IMG/VR virus record: IMGVR_UViG_3300021141_000001
Direction: 5' to 3' (one strand)
Source of the DNA: a virus
DNA length: 64,000 nucleotides
The position numbers and the translations under genes were made by a program. Below, in pieces: positions 9,325-18,739 of the stretch. Under the pieces are notes generated by a model. It had not been told where the DNA came from. It was given only the letters and a program-made list of their open reading frames with translations, and made no database searches. The first letter of the stretch is position 1. Each line of letters begins with the position of its first letter.

Positions 9325-10308
9325 ATGAGTGTAATTTCATATTTCGGAGGTAAGTCCTCAAATGTTTTCATTGAGTTTATTAACTCAAAAATTCCTAAAG
9401 ATGGTAGCATAAAAACCTACATAGAACCATTCTCTGGCTCTATGGGAACGTATATGGACGACCCAAACCTAAAGTTTGATGTAGTTGTTTATAATGATAA
9501 AAATCGTCACCAGACGAATCTATACAAGTGTTGTGCTCAACCAGAAGAATTCGTTAAGTATTTAGAAGCTTTGAAAAGAACTTTACTTCATACCGATGAA
9601 ACTGATCCATTGAAGAAGTGGGATTTCTATAAAGAGATTTACAAAAGATATATTAAGAACGATTTCTTAGATAATATGAATTTTGAGATTGGTGATTTCA
9701 AAAAAGCGTCTATCTATGCTTTCTTAATCACATCAGCACATAACTCGGTTTATCCTCGTGGTGCCGGTTTCAATGGTTATAAGAAAGATAAAGACCGTTT
9801 GAAGTTAGAAGTTCTTATTGATAAATTGAAAAAGAACAAGTACACATCTAAATTGGCTACTATTACAGACTTCTATAACATTGATTTTGAAGAGTTAATC
9901 AATCAATATGATGCTGAAGATACTTATTTGTATTTGGATCCTCCTTATCACAGACCTGATGAGAATGGCGATGATGATGCTAAGAGATTATCTTGGTATG
10001 GTGCTGACAAAGAAGGTATGTTTGGTCCGGCTTCACATAGAAGATTGTTAGATTTAATTAAGAAATCAAAATCTCGTTGGTCATTATCTTATTACTATTT
10101 TCCTTTATTAGAAGAATTGTTACCAAGAGACCAATATATCTGGACTGAGAAAGAAGTATTTAGAAGTTCAGCTCAAGGTGGTAATAACTCTGAGGGTAAA
10201 GGTGAACAAGCTAAAGGCGTAGAGTTATTAATTTTAAATTACGATCCAGTTACTGGTAAAAAATTAAACATTCAAGATGAACTATCCGCTACCGAGACAG
10301 AGATATAA
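9325..10308 (+). CDS. Dam-like (D12 class) DNA adenine methyltransferase, orphan
   Basis: SYFGGKS, YIEPFSGS, VYND, YLDPPY. Confidence 0.88.
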   Translation: MSVISYFGGKSSNVFIEFINSKIPKDGSIKTYIEPFSGSMGTYMDDPNLKFDVVVYNDKNRHQTNLYKCCAQPEEFVKYLEALKRTLLHTDETDPLKKWDFYKEIYKRYIKNDFLDNMNFEIGDFKKASIYAFLITSAHNSVYPRGAGFNGYKKDKDRLKLEVLIDKLKKNKYTSKLATITDFYNIDFEELINQYDAEDTYLYLDPPYHRPDENGDDDAKRLSWYGADKEGMFGPASHRRLLDLIKKSKSRWSLSYYYFPLLEELLPRDQYIWTEKEVFRSSAQGGNNSEGKGEQAKGVELLILNYDPVTGKKLNIQDELSATETEI

Positions 10309-10477
10309 GCATTATAAAGGTGGTACTTATGAAGTAATTACTTTAGCCACTCATACGGAAACAGGAGAAAAGTTAGTAGTTTACAAGTCTATCAACTTTG
10401 GTTCTATTTATGTTAGACCATTAGATATTTGGAACTCAACTTCTGAACATGGTCAAAAAAGATTTGAATTAATATAA
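10277..10477 (+). CDS. DUF1653-family protein
   Basis: YKHYKGGTYEV...HTETGEKLVVY...YVRPL..W...RF. Confidence 0.85.
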   Translation: MNYPLPRQRYKHYKGGTYEVITLATHTETGEKLVVYKSINFGSIYVRPLDIWNSTSEHGQKRFELI

Positions 10478-10701
10478 TGGCAATAGCTTGTAATCCTAGT
10501 GTATTTAATATAAATAACGCTTCAAATTCAACAGCAATTAATGTTGATTCAGATGGTTGTACAGTTATTAGTAAGTTGGTTCTATTAGATGAGAAGACTG
10601 GTAATAAATGGCAAATTAAAATATTAGATGGTGAGTTGATAGCTGAGCCACTTGAATTAGAAGATAAAAGAGAATATAAACTAAATAAAATACTAAAATG
10701 A
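10477..10701 (+). CDS. Small hypothetical protein with C-terminal RxxKI-type tag
   Basis: Ends EDKREYKLNKILK*. Confidence 0.65.
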   Translation: MAIACNPSVFNINNASNSTAINVDSDGCTVISKLVLLDEKTGNKWQIKILDGELIAEPLELEDKREYKLNKILK

Positions 10702-11246
10702 AAAAGTACAAAGTTACCATCTATGGATATGGCGCAGAAGTAACAATTGGTTCTGTTGATGAAGAACAAAAAGCAATTATTAATAACCCTGATAAAGAGT
10801 TATGGGAAATTGTGACTAATGATTTAGAAGATTGGGGTAGTTGGTATGAAATTGATGATCAATATCATCGTTGGGGTGCCGCTGGTACATTTACTATCCT
10901 TATTGAAGATGAGAATGGTGAAGAAGTATATAAAATTGATTCTGATAATTTAAGTGAATTTGATACTGAAGAATTTCAGTTAGTAGATTATGAATACACT
11001 GAGATTGATGAGTCTAAAGACTTATTAATGTGTGCTTCATTTGAAAAAGGTGGATTCTTTGAAGGTGATATTGAAACTGAAGAGTTTGATATTACTAAAC
11101 TTAAAATCACTATTGATGAAGAGATTGGTATTGAAGAATATTACTTTGGTGATATTGTTGCTGGTGTTTACTATGATGATGAGGAAGTAGATAACTACGG
11201 TGGTAGTACTAACGGTAAGTCATTTGATGTTACTAAGAACTTCTAA
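10698..11246 (+). CDS. Highly acidic hypothetical protein
   Basis: ORF with overlapping start/stop; D/E-rich. Confidence 0.7.
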   Translation: MKKYKVTIYGYGAEVTIGSVDEEQKAIINNPDKELWEIVTNDLEDWGSWYEIDDQYHRWGAAGTFTILIEDENGEEVYKIDSDNLSEFDTEEFQLVDYEYTEIDESKDLLMCASFEKGGFFEGDIETEEFDITKLKITIDEEIGIEEYYFGDIVAGVYYDDEEVDNYGGSTNGKSFDVTKNF

Positions 11247-11250
11247 AAAG

Positions 11251-11280
11251 AAAAACCTCAGAGAAATCTGAGGTTTTTTT
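11251..11280. terminator. Bidirectional terminator between convergent genes
   Basis: AAAAACCTCAGA-GAAA-TCTGAGGTTTTTTT. Confidence 0.85.
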
Positions 11281-11287
11281 ATGTTTT

Positions 11288-11767
11288 TTACCAACCAATA
11301 TGCTCATCAAGAGCTTCTTGTATAGCCGCATTATATGCCTTGTCGTGATCGCTATCACCTTCATCATATCCTATTTCATCAGATACTCTTTTTAATTCCT
11401 GATTAAAAGTATCAATAGATTTTTTGAACTCTTCTTTAAGAGTTTTATATGCTTCAGTTTTTTGAATTTTATTCATTACCTCATAATCAATATGTGATTC
11501 ATTAACAATTGACTCTTCCAATTCTTCAATAGCATCAATCTTATCTTTTATTTCAGCAGGACTTAAATCATCCATCTTACGAGTTGTGTTATTGAATTTA
11601 TATCTTGAATTAGCCATATTCTTTTGTTGGTTATCAGTATTAGGCTTGTTTTGTCTATCCATCTTCTTCAATTCTTCTTTTTCAGCATTAGGATTAGCTG
11701 AGAAGTCTTTGAAGTTAACTACTTTTCTATTTACATTGAATGTAGGTGTGTTATCTTTATAAGTCAT
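11288..11767 (-). CDS. Hypothetical late protein (VVNFKDF CTS-like motif; LEE/VNE putative cleavage sites)
   Basis: ORF; TAATATATA on the minus strand at 11788-11796. Confidence 0.7.
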   Translation of the reverse strand: MTYKDNTPTFNVNRKVVNFKDFSANPNAEKEELKKMDRQNKPNTDNQQKNMANSRYKFNNTTRKMDDLSPAEIKDKIDAIEELEESIVNESHIDYEVMNKIQKTEAYKTLKEEFKKSIDTFNQELKRVSDEIGYDEGDSDHDKAYNAAIQEALDEHIGW

Positions 11768-11890
11768 TTTATAGAATTACTTTTTTGTATATATTAATTG
11801 TCAAATCTCATTTCTTTCATTTTAGAGAGCCGGTTTTTTATATATACTTATGATAAAAAACAAAAATCAAAAAGAGTGTATAATAAAGAT

Positions 11891-13231
11891 ATGAGTAAAT
11901 TAGTAACGTTAAACGGAAATAATGATCAAGAACTTCTAAGTTCTATCTTTGACAATGAAATTGTTGTATTTGAAGATATTCAAGGATCAAAAATATGGGT
12001 TAATTGGGATGGTAAAGAATTTACTATTAAACCAAAGTCAATGAGTAGTGAAAAACTTAATCTTGTTGATTTGGCTATTCAAAACTATTATAATCCAGGT
12101 ATTAAATATTTAGAATCATTGGATGTAAGAGTTAAATCATTGTTGAATAAAAAATGGTGGTTTTGTTTTGAGTACTTTCCAGATGAACAACCTGCTAATA
12201 TTGGATATGATAGAGTTCCTAAAAATCATTTAGTTTTAACTGCTATTAATAAAGGTGGTAAGTATGACTTTAGTGTTGAAGAGTTAGATGAGTATGCTAG
12301 ATTATTTGATGTTGATATGTTACCGATTGTTTTTCAAGGTAAACTAACTGAGAGAATGATTGAAGCTATTAAATACTTTATTAATACAAGTGAAGAAGAT
12401 TTAGAGTATGTATTTGGAGAAAAGTCATTTTCATTTTTCTTCTACAGAATATTAAATCCAAGTTCTACTAACTCGTTCTTAATGAAAGATGAAGATTATC
12501 AATCAAATCTTGAGAAACTTATTGTAAGAACTAAAAGTGGTGATATTTCATTTGAAATATTAAATCCTTTATACAGAAGAATAAGTGATAGTAACTCAAC
12601 AGAATTTGTTGAAATTTATACACTTATATTAGTTAACTTCTTAAACTTCTGTCAATCATTTAACTTAGATGAAATTAAATTAAAAGGTGAAAGAAGAGAT
12701 GAAGTTTATATTTATCTAATGTCTAAACTATTCAATGTTTATGTTTCTGAAGTTAAACAAGATTTATTAGACTTTGATTTTGTAGTTCCTGAATTCTTTG
12801 ATAAAGAAAAGTTCAAAATCAATACAGAATTAATTCCTAATAAATTGACCAAAGATTATATTAAAGAATCTGATAAGTTAGAATATATCTTCAAAGTTAT
12901 TCTTGGTTCATTTAACAAGAAAAGAAAGAAAGCAATTGGTGTATTTACTGATAATACAGTTATATTATTTAACACATTTGTCAATGATATTAATGTTTAT
13001 ATTGAAAAGTATCTAAATAAAGTACACGAGGTTGAATTAACAAGAGCTGGTTTGCTTGACTTTGGTGATTTCTTTGAGATTCAATATGATCAAGATGGTG
13101 AAGGTGATGTTTATCCTGATGTTTACTCTGAGTTTGAAAAAGGAACACCTGAAGAAAAGAAGAAAAAAGGTAAAGGTGGTAAAGGTTTACCCGTACCAGA
13201 AGAAGGACCGTCTAAAACTCCTACTAAGTAA
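11891..13231 (+). CDS. RNA-ligase (Rnl2-like nucleotidyltransferase) fold protein lacking the catalytic Lys
   Basis: VVFEDIQGSKIWV where EK(I/L)xGxN is expected; WFCFEYF; MLPIVFQGKL; LEKLIVR; ATG 11891 preferred. Confidence 0.55.
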   Translation: MSKLVTLNGNNDQELLSSIFDNEIVVFEDIQGSKIWVNWDGKEFTIKPKSMSSEKLNLVDLAIQNYYNPGIKYLESLDVRVKSLLNKKWWFCFEYFPDEQPANIGYDRVPKNHLVLTAINKGGKYDFSVEELDEYARLFDVDMLPIVFQGKLTERMIEAIKYFINTSEEDLEYVFGEKSFSFFFYRILNPSSTNSFLMKDEDYQSNLEKLIVRTKSGDISFEILNPLYRRISDSNSTEFVEIYTLILVNFLNFCQSFNLDEIKLKGERRDEVYIYLMSKLFNVYVSEVKQDLLDFDFVVPEFFDKEKFKINTELIPNKLTKDYIKESDKLEYIFKVILGSFNKKRKKAIGVFTDNTVILFNTFVNDINVYIEKYLNKVHEVELTRAGLLDFGDFFEIQYDQDGEGDVYPDVYSEFEKGTPEEKKKKGKGGKGLPVPEEGPSKTPTK

Positions 13232-13443
13232 TGAACTCAATTGATATTAATATGAGAAGTGTTCAAGTTGAAACTAAAACAAGAGCGCTTAGATCTACTT
13301 GGACTCGTGAATTGGCAACTGATTTAGATTCATATCATAATATTGATATTGAAAAGGAACTTTCTCATCTTTTGAAAGAAGAGCTTCGTAAACAACGAGC
13401 TTCTAGTAGAAAAAAATCAATCAATAAAATCTTCCAAAATTAA
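13231..13443 (+). CDS. Mini-protein resembling the gp23 capsid segment that leads into the spine helix, with RxxKI-type tag
   Basis: VQVETKTRALRSTWTRELATDLDSYHNIDIEKELSHLLKEEL resembles T4-like gp23 IEAKSRQLKAAYSIELAQDL..HG.DA..EL..IL..EI (recalled); ends RKKSINKIFQN*. Confidence 0.7.
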   Translation: MNSIDINMRSVQVETKTRALRSTWTRELATDLDSYHNIDIEKELSHLLKEELRKQRASSRKKSINKIFQN

Positions 13444-13474
13444 GAACATAAACTTGGAATTTCATATAATTTAT

Positions 13475-14710
13475 ATGACAGTTTCAAGTGTAATTAAGCT
13501 CAGTGATATAGAGTCCTATTCTTCAATTAAGAAGAATTTAGAGGGTAAGAAATGTAGCTTACAGTTTCTACCGGTTTCGTTAGAAACAATTTCAAAACAA
13601 AAGAATTTTATTTATAAAGGTCAAAAGTTGAAGTCAGCTTATTTGATTGATATTATTCATAATTTAATTCTAAAGTATTATTTCAAAAAAGAAAATAAAT
13701 TTCATTTAATGTCTCCTATTTTAAAGGAGAAGTATGGTTATTTATATAACTACTATATGGATTTTCTTACAGAGAATAAAATTATTATTCTTTTAGCAAA
13801 ACATCAAAAGGGTAAAAGTGCTAGAGTTTATGCCATTAATGAATATATTCTCAGAGGAACTATCATTCGATTTAATAATAGTGATAGGACTTTACTTAAA
13901 AAGTATAAAGCAAAGGTAGCTCAGATAGTAGAAGATAAATTAGAAAACTCACTCATTGATAATGATATAAAGATTAAGTTAGTCGATGATTTATTTAAGA
14001 TTCAAATTGAATTTGATAGGTCAATATTTTATTTAGACTCCTTAAAAAGTGATGATATTGATATTTATAATAGAAATAAATATTCAGTTGAGTGTATTAA
14101 TGATAAACACATATTTTATCATTTTGATAGTTATGGTCGCATGCATACTAACTTTACTATATTAAAGTCTTTTATTAGAAAGAATTGTCTATTAATTAAT
14201 GGTGAAGAAACTCATGAAATAGATATTAAAAACTCACAACCTCTTTTCCTAACTAAATTGATTCAAGATTCCGGTACTAAATGGGTTAATCAAGAAGAAT
14301 TTGAACTATTCAAAAATCTTACTATTAATGGTACTTACTATAACTATATAATGGATCACCTTAAAACAAAAGATAGAGGTATGGTTAAAGAATTAACATA
14401 TAAAGTACTATTTGGTAGAAATGGTGTTAATAGTAAAGCCGATAAGATATTTAGTAGTCTTTTTCCAACTATACATTATTTTATTAAATTGTATAAAAAA
14501 GAACACGGAGATTATAAAGTATTGGCTTATGAATTACAAAAGTCTGAAAGTAATCTTATTTTTAATAAAATTATTAGACAAATAATGACACTTTATCCAG
14601 AAATAAATTTAGTTACTGTACATGACAGTATAATTATACCAAAGTCTTATAAAGATTCGGTTTGGGCAATTTTTCAAACCAAACTTTATGAAGAATTCGG
14701 ACTTATTTAA
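13475..14710 (+). CDS. Family-A polymerase-like (palm motifs A/B/C) protein without exonuclease domains
   Basis: GRMHT, EIDIKNSQP (motif A), R..VK..TYKVLFG (motif B), LQKSES, VTVHDSII (motif C). Confidence 0.6.
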   Translation: MTVSSVIKLSDIESYSSIKKNLEGKKCSLQFLPVSLETISKQKNFIYKGQKLKSAYLIDIIHNLILKYYFKKENKFHLMSPILKEKYGYLYNYYMDFLTENKIIILLAKHQKGKSARVYAINEYILRGTIIRFNNSDRTLLKKYKAKVAQIVEDKLENSLIDNDIKIKLVDDLFKIQIEFDRSIFYLDSLKSDDIDIYNRNKYSVECINDKHIFYHFDSYGRMHTNFTILKSFIRKNCLLINGEETHEIDIKNSQPLFLTKLIQDSGTKWVNQEEFELFKNLTINGTYYNYIMDHLKTKDRGMVKELTYKVLFGRNGVNSKADKIFSSLFPTIHYFIKLYKKEHGDYKVLAYELQKSESNLIFNKIIRQIMTLYPEINLVTVHDSIIIPKSYKDSVWAIFQTKLYEEFGLI

Positions 14711-14735
14711 GAAATAAAAACTTATATATAACTTT

Positions 14736-14885
14736 ATGAAACAATATCATTTAAAATCTAAAATTTCTGAAGAATCTTTTGCCAAATTTGTAGCATCATC
14801 TTTAGAAGAAGCCATTGAGTACTTTTCAAGATTAAAAAAATTATCTAAAAAAGACTTACTTAATATCTACACCGTTACAGATTAA
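14736..14885 (+). CDS. Small hypothetical protein (49 aa, MKQYHLKSK...YTVTD)
   Basis: Manual translation; fills the intergenic gap after TTATATATA. Confidence 0.55.
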   Translation: MKQYHLKSKISEESFAKFVASSLEEAIEYFSRLKKLSKKDLLNIYTVTD

Positions 14886-14910
14886 GTATATTATTTTTAA
14901 TATATACTTT

Positions 14911-15450
14911 ATGACAGGATTGGAACACAAGGATGCCTCATTTATTCTACTATCATCTACACGTTTAGATGATATGATATCTATTTTATATGCCAAAGAA
15001 TATCAAGTATTACCCATTAAAGGTTACTACAAGGGTCAATATGAAGACTCTGTAATGGCTTATGGTAAAGTAGATAATGATACTTTAAGAAAAGATGTTC
15101 TTTTTCTTTTAAATCATTTCCATGAAGAATGTGCTATTATTAAATACACTGAAGAAACTAATGCTAAAAAGATATTTAAAGATGGATCTGAGATACCTAT
15201 GGGTATTGTAATGTATAATACAGATTCTGATAATATGTCTTATTTACATAATGGTACATCATTCTCATTTGTTGAATCTAAAAGATATTGGAGACCAACT
15301 AAAAAAGAAGATTTCAGAGTTGGTATGCTAGTTGAATATTTCAATAATAATAAGTGGTTTGAAAAGCTTGTTGAGAATCCTAATGATGAATATGAAAAAC
15401 TTTATAAACTACTTATAAAGTATGATAAAGTTAGAGTTCCTTCTAAATAA
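14911..15450 (+). CDS. Hypothetical protein
   Basis: ORF; TAATATATA at 14898-14906. Confidence 0.7.
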   Translation: MTGLEHKDASFILLSSTRLDDMISILYAKEYQVLPIKGYYKGQYEDSVMAYGKVDNDTLRKDVLFLLNHFHEECAIIKYTEETNAKKIFKDGSEIPMGIVMYNTDSDNMSYLHNGTSFSFVESKRYWRPTKKEDFRVGMLVEYFNNNKWFEKLVENPNDEYEKLYKLLIKYDKVRVPSK

Positions 15451-16222
15451 TTTCAAACCAATTTATAATCTTAGAATAATTAGGAGTTTCTTTTAAGAAA
15501 TATCTCATGTCATTTGGACAGTTAATTACATTTAATCCATTCTCAGTTTTCTGAGCATTTCTCATCATAATAATCTTATTTGATTTGATATAAGGAGAAG
15601 GTATAACATTCATACCATTTATATTTCCATCCACAACACCATCTTTTATATCAGACATCATCATTCCATTAGACATCAGAAGATATTTATAAGCATCTAA
15701 ACCAACTATAATAGTATTGGCTGGTCCTGTTCTTCCGGTTGATGATATTAGATTACTGGTCATCATTAATCTTGTTATAACTTTTCTTGATGTTGATGAC
15801 TCATTTTCATAATCTGTTAGATTAGGATCTTTTTGAATAGAAACATTCAAATTTTGAGGAATATTCATTGACTTTGATGTTAATGATTCTAATGTCATCA
15901 TAACATCATTGTAAATATCAAATAAGTCTAAATAGGTTTTACCTTGAACATTAATAGAGTTAAGTTTAGGAGTTATAGTCATCATATAACTTTCGTTATC
16001 TAATGGATTTGAAAACGGTTCTCTATTTTTGAACTCTTCAACTTTATCATCTATAATAGCATCAATCGCAAGTTCACGATTCTTTCTTTTTAATTCTCTT
16101 TGATATTCCTCATTGGATGATTCATCCCAATCCATAAAAGTCATTACACCTTGTGGCAAAGAAGGCTTTGTAGATTCTACATAGTTACAGATTTTCTCTA
16201 AATCTTTAGATGAAATTATCAT
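15443..16222 (-). CDS. Protein containing a gp23 capsid A-domain-like region and an internal RxxAI tag
   Basis: SRKVITRLMMTSNLISSTGRTGPANTIIV...GNINGMNVIPSPYIKSNKIIMMRN aligns by eye with this phage's MCP QRKLITKIAHASNYIATEGRVGPAQYLIT...GSIGDISIYVDPYMRYNDNRIVLGRK. Confidence 0.7.
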   Translation of the reverse strand: MIISSKDLEKICNYVESTKPSLPQGVMTFMDWDESSNEEYQRELKRKNRELAIDAIIDDKVEEFKNREPFSNPLDNESYMMTITPKLNSINVQGKTYLDLFDIYNDVMMTLESLTSKSMNIPQNLNVSIQKDPNLTDYENESSTSRKVITRLMMTSNLISSTGRTGPANTIIVGLDAYKYLLMSNGMMMSDIKDGVVDGNINGMNVIPSPYIKSNKIIMMRNAQKTENGLNVINCPNDMRYFLKETPNYSKIINWFEII

Positions 16223-16970
16223 ATTTATTCTTCATTCCAATTTTTGGCAATTGGTTAAGAATAACCTTTTGTAACTGAGATTTATCCATTTGAGAGGTTT
16301 TAGTTAGTAAATCTAAATTTCTTTGATACCACTTCATATCTGGCATTCCTCTTTCATGATATAAATGAAAACATTTAGATTGTAGCTCAGTCCAAGTTAA
16401 GAATTGTTTAACCTTTATTGATTGAAAGTCATCTTCACCACCCCATCCTATAAAATCTTCATTCCAACCAGCTATTCTTTGAATTGCGTCTCTTCTAAAA
16501 ATACAAATTCCACCACATAAAGGCACTTTTTGTATATCGGTTTCGCCTCTACCTGGTCTGTTAATTTGAAGAAGTTGTTCTAGTGATAAATTACTTTCTT
16601 GTTGAGTTAAATCAATTACTGTATGATATGGATTACACATTTCAAATTCATTCATTGACTCTAAACCTCTTATAAAAGAGTTTGGTTCCATTATTAAATC
16701 TGAATCACCAAATACAATTATGTTTGATGTTGAATGTTTTAAACCTACATTAAATGCCAGTGACTTATTAAAAGGTAGATTTGACTTTGTGAAGATATGT
16801 TTTGATTTGAGACCTAGATGAGATATTTTAGAGTGTGTGTCTTGTTCTACAACAATTACTTCAACTCTAGCAAAGCCATTAATCCAGTCAAGTACTCTTC
16901 TTAAATTTTGTAACCTTTCTAAACTATGTCTATAGGCTATGATAAATGTAAATGTATAATTTGAATTCAT
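16206..16970 (-). CDS. Glycosyltransferase (GT2/GT7-like)
   Basis: IIAYR, VVEQD, FNKSLAFNVG, FGDSD (DxD), GWNEDFIGWGGEDDF, HLYH. Confidence 0.88.
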   Translation of the reverse strand: MNSNYTFTFIIAYRHSLERLQNLRRVLDWINGFARVEVIVVEQDTHSKISHLGLKSKHIFTKSNLPFNKSLAFNVGLKHSTSNIIVFGDSDLIMEPNSFIRGLESMNEFEMCNPYHTVIDLTQQESNLSLEQLLQINRPGRGETDIQKVPLCGGICIFRRDAIQRIAGWNEDFIGWGGEDDFQSIKVKQFLTWTELQSKCFHLYHERGMPDMKWYQRNLDLLTKTSQMDKSQLQKVILNQLPKIGMKNKYDNFI

Positions 16971-17061
16971 TAAAGAATATTATTTTTTATTTATATCAAA
17001 TAGAATCTATTTGTTTAGTGTATAAGTATTGATACTTTATATATAAGTAATATAAAATGTT

Positions 17062-17724
17062 ATGAAAACAAATCGTAAAAATAATTTAATTTTAAACTAC
17101 TATAAAGATGAAGTAGAAGATAGAAATTTAGAACTATTAACTTGCTTTGTGAAAAATTTAAATAATGATTATATTCATAATATAGTTGTTATTTCAAACG
17201 AAAATGATTATTACTCATTAAATACAAATTTAGTAGATAATAAAAATAAAATTATTCCTATATTAACTGAAGTGAGACCGACCTATAATGATTACTTTTC
17301 AATAATAAGAAATCTATTTAATGATGATAATAACATAAATATCATATCAAACTTGGACATTATAATTCCACAAGAAACATTATATAGCGAAGTATCAAAA
17401 ACAATAAATGATTATATAGATAGTAAAACTTGTCTAGCTTTATCTCGTTGGGATATACAAGAAGACAACACTTATGTTCATTTTGATAGATCTGATTCTC
17501 AAGATACCTGGATTTTTCTTGGTGGTATTCCTAACATTGATGGTGCTGATTTTACTCTTGGTAGATCTGGTTGTGATAATAAAATATCATATCTTCTTGA
17601 TGAAAGTGGATACTTTGTTATAAACCCCTCAAAGACATTAAAAACATATCATTTACATTTAACAAATATTAGAAACTATGGTAGTGTAATACCGCCTCCA
17701 TATAAATTATTACCGACTTTTTAA
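17062..17724 (+). CDS. Putative glycosyltransferase-like protein
   Basis: ISNLDI, ALSRWD, DSQDTWIF, GCDNKI, HLH motifs; located in the GT island. Confidence 0.5.
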   Translation: MKTNRKNNLILNYYKDEVEDRNLELLTCFVKNLNNDYIHNIVVISNENDYYSLNTNLVDNKNKIIPILTEVRPTYNDYFSIIRNLFNDDNNINIISNLDIIIPQETLYSEVSKTINDYIDSKTCLALSRWDIQEDNTYVHFDRSDSQDTWIFLGGIPNIDGADFTLGRSGCDNKISYLLDESGYFVINPSKTLKTYHLHLTNIRNYGSVIPPPYKLLPTF

Positions 17725-18735
17725 TTAAGATATACTTACAAAAAAATCCGCTAGTTTTTTAACATATTCTTTACCAAATTTATCTCTCACATATTCTTTT
17801 CCTTGATTGGCTATCATATGACCTTCATCGCTTTCTATCCATTTTTTATAAAAAGAATTATCTTTTATAAGACCATTTTCATCAAAACAAGGTATATAAT
17901 GAATATATTCTATCAGACCTAATTGTTCTTTCAGTAGCGGATTTGGTTCAAAAAATCCAATACATCCACACATAAGTACTTCTATATGTTTAGCCAATAA
18001 AAAATTTATCGGATATACATAATGACCTACAAATGCTGCTTTATATTTAGATAATTCTTTATAGTAATTTAACTCAGTCATATGATCATTATTTTTATAT
18101 CCTGGGTGATCAATTTTGTAAATTAAATCCTTAAATAATACATCCTTTCTTAAATTATCAAATTCGACTCTAGAGTCATAACCTTTTACTATATCACCCG
18201 ACAAGACAACACCATTTATTCTTTTTTCAAATTTTGACTCATCTATGTACTCGTAGTTTTCTTCATTTAAGAAATAAAAAAAGTCTACTATTTTTTCATC
18301 AAATTCATTTATTTTTAAATTTTTAAAATATATTGAAGATGGTGTTATTAGATAGTCTACATCTTTAATGTAAAATGGTTCGTATTTTTTTGAAAATCTC
18401 TGTACAATCTCGCCATCTCTTTCAACAAAATGAGCAAAGTAGTGAAGGTCATCTTGCCACATGACTTTTTTTATTCCCTTTCCATTTTTTATTGCGATTT
18501 CCCATCCATATGGATGTATTCCAAATATTATAAAGTCTTTTTTATTTTCAATCTCTTCTAAAAACTCAATTTCTGTCTTATTTAAAACTTCTTTAATATA
18601 TTTTGATGTTATTATTTCAATTCCTCTTTCTTCAAATATTTTTATTATAGACTCGTCATAAAACATCTTTATTAGATTTCTAATAAGACTTGAGACACTA
18701 TAGTTGTCGCTTTCACTTAGTACAATTAGTTTCAT
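17725..18735 (-). CDS. Putative GT-B glycosyltransferase
   Basis: WQDDLH, HPGY, KHIEVLMCG, IANQGKEYV C-terminal GT-B pattern; ATG 18735 preferred. Confidence 0.6.
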   Translation of the reverse strand: MKLIVLSESDNYSVSSLIRNLIKMFYDESIIKIFEERGIEIITSKYIKEVLNKTEIEFLEEIENKKDFIIFGIHPYGWEIAIKNGKGIKKVMWQDDLHYFAHFVERDGEIVQRFSKKYEPFYIKDVDYLITPSSIYFKNLKINEFDEKIVDFFYFLNEENYEYIDESKFEKRINGVVLSGDIVKGYDSRVEFDNLRKDVLFKDLIYKIDHPGYKNNDHMTELNYYKELSKYKAAFVGHYVYPINFLLAKHIEVLMCGCIGFFEPNPLLKEQLGLIEYIHYIPCFDENGLIKDNSFYKKWIESDEGHMIANQGKEYVRDKFGKEYVKKLADFFVSIS

Positions 18736-18739
18736 GTGT

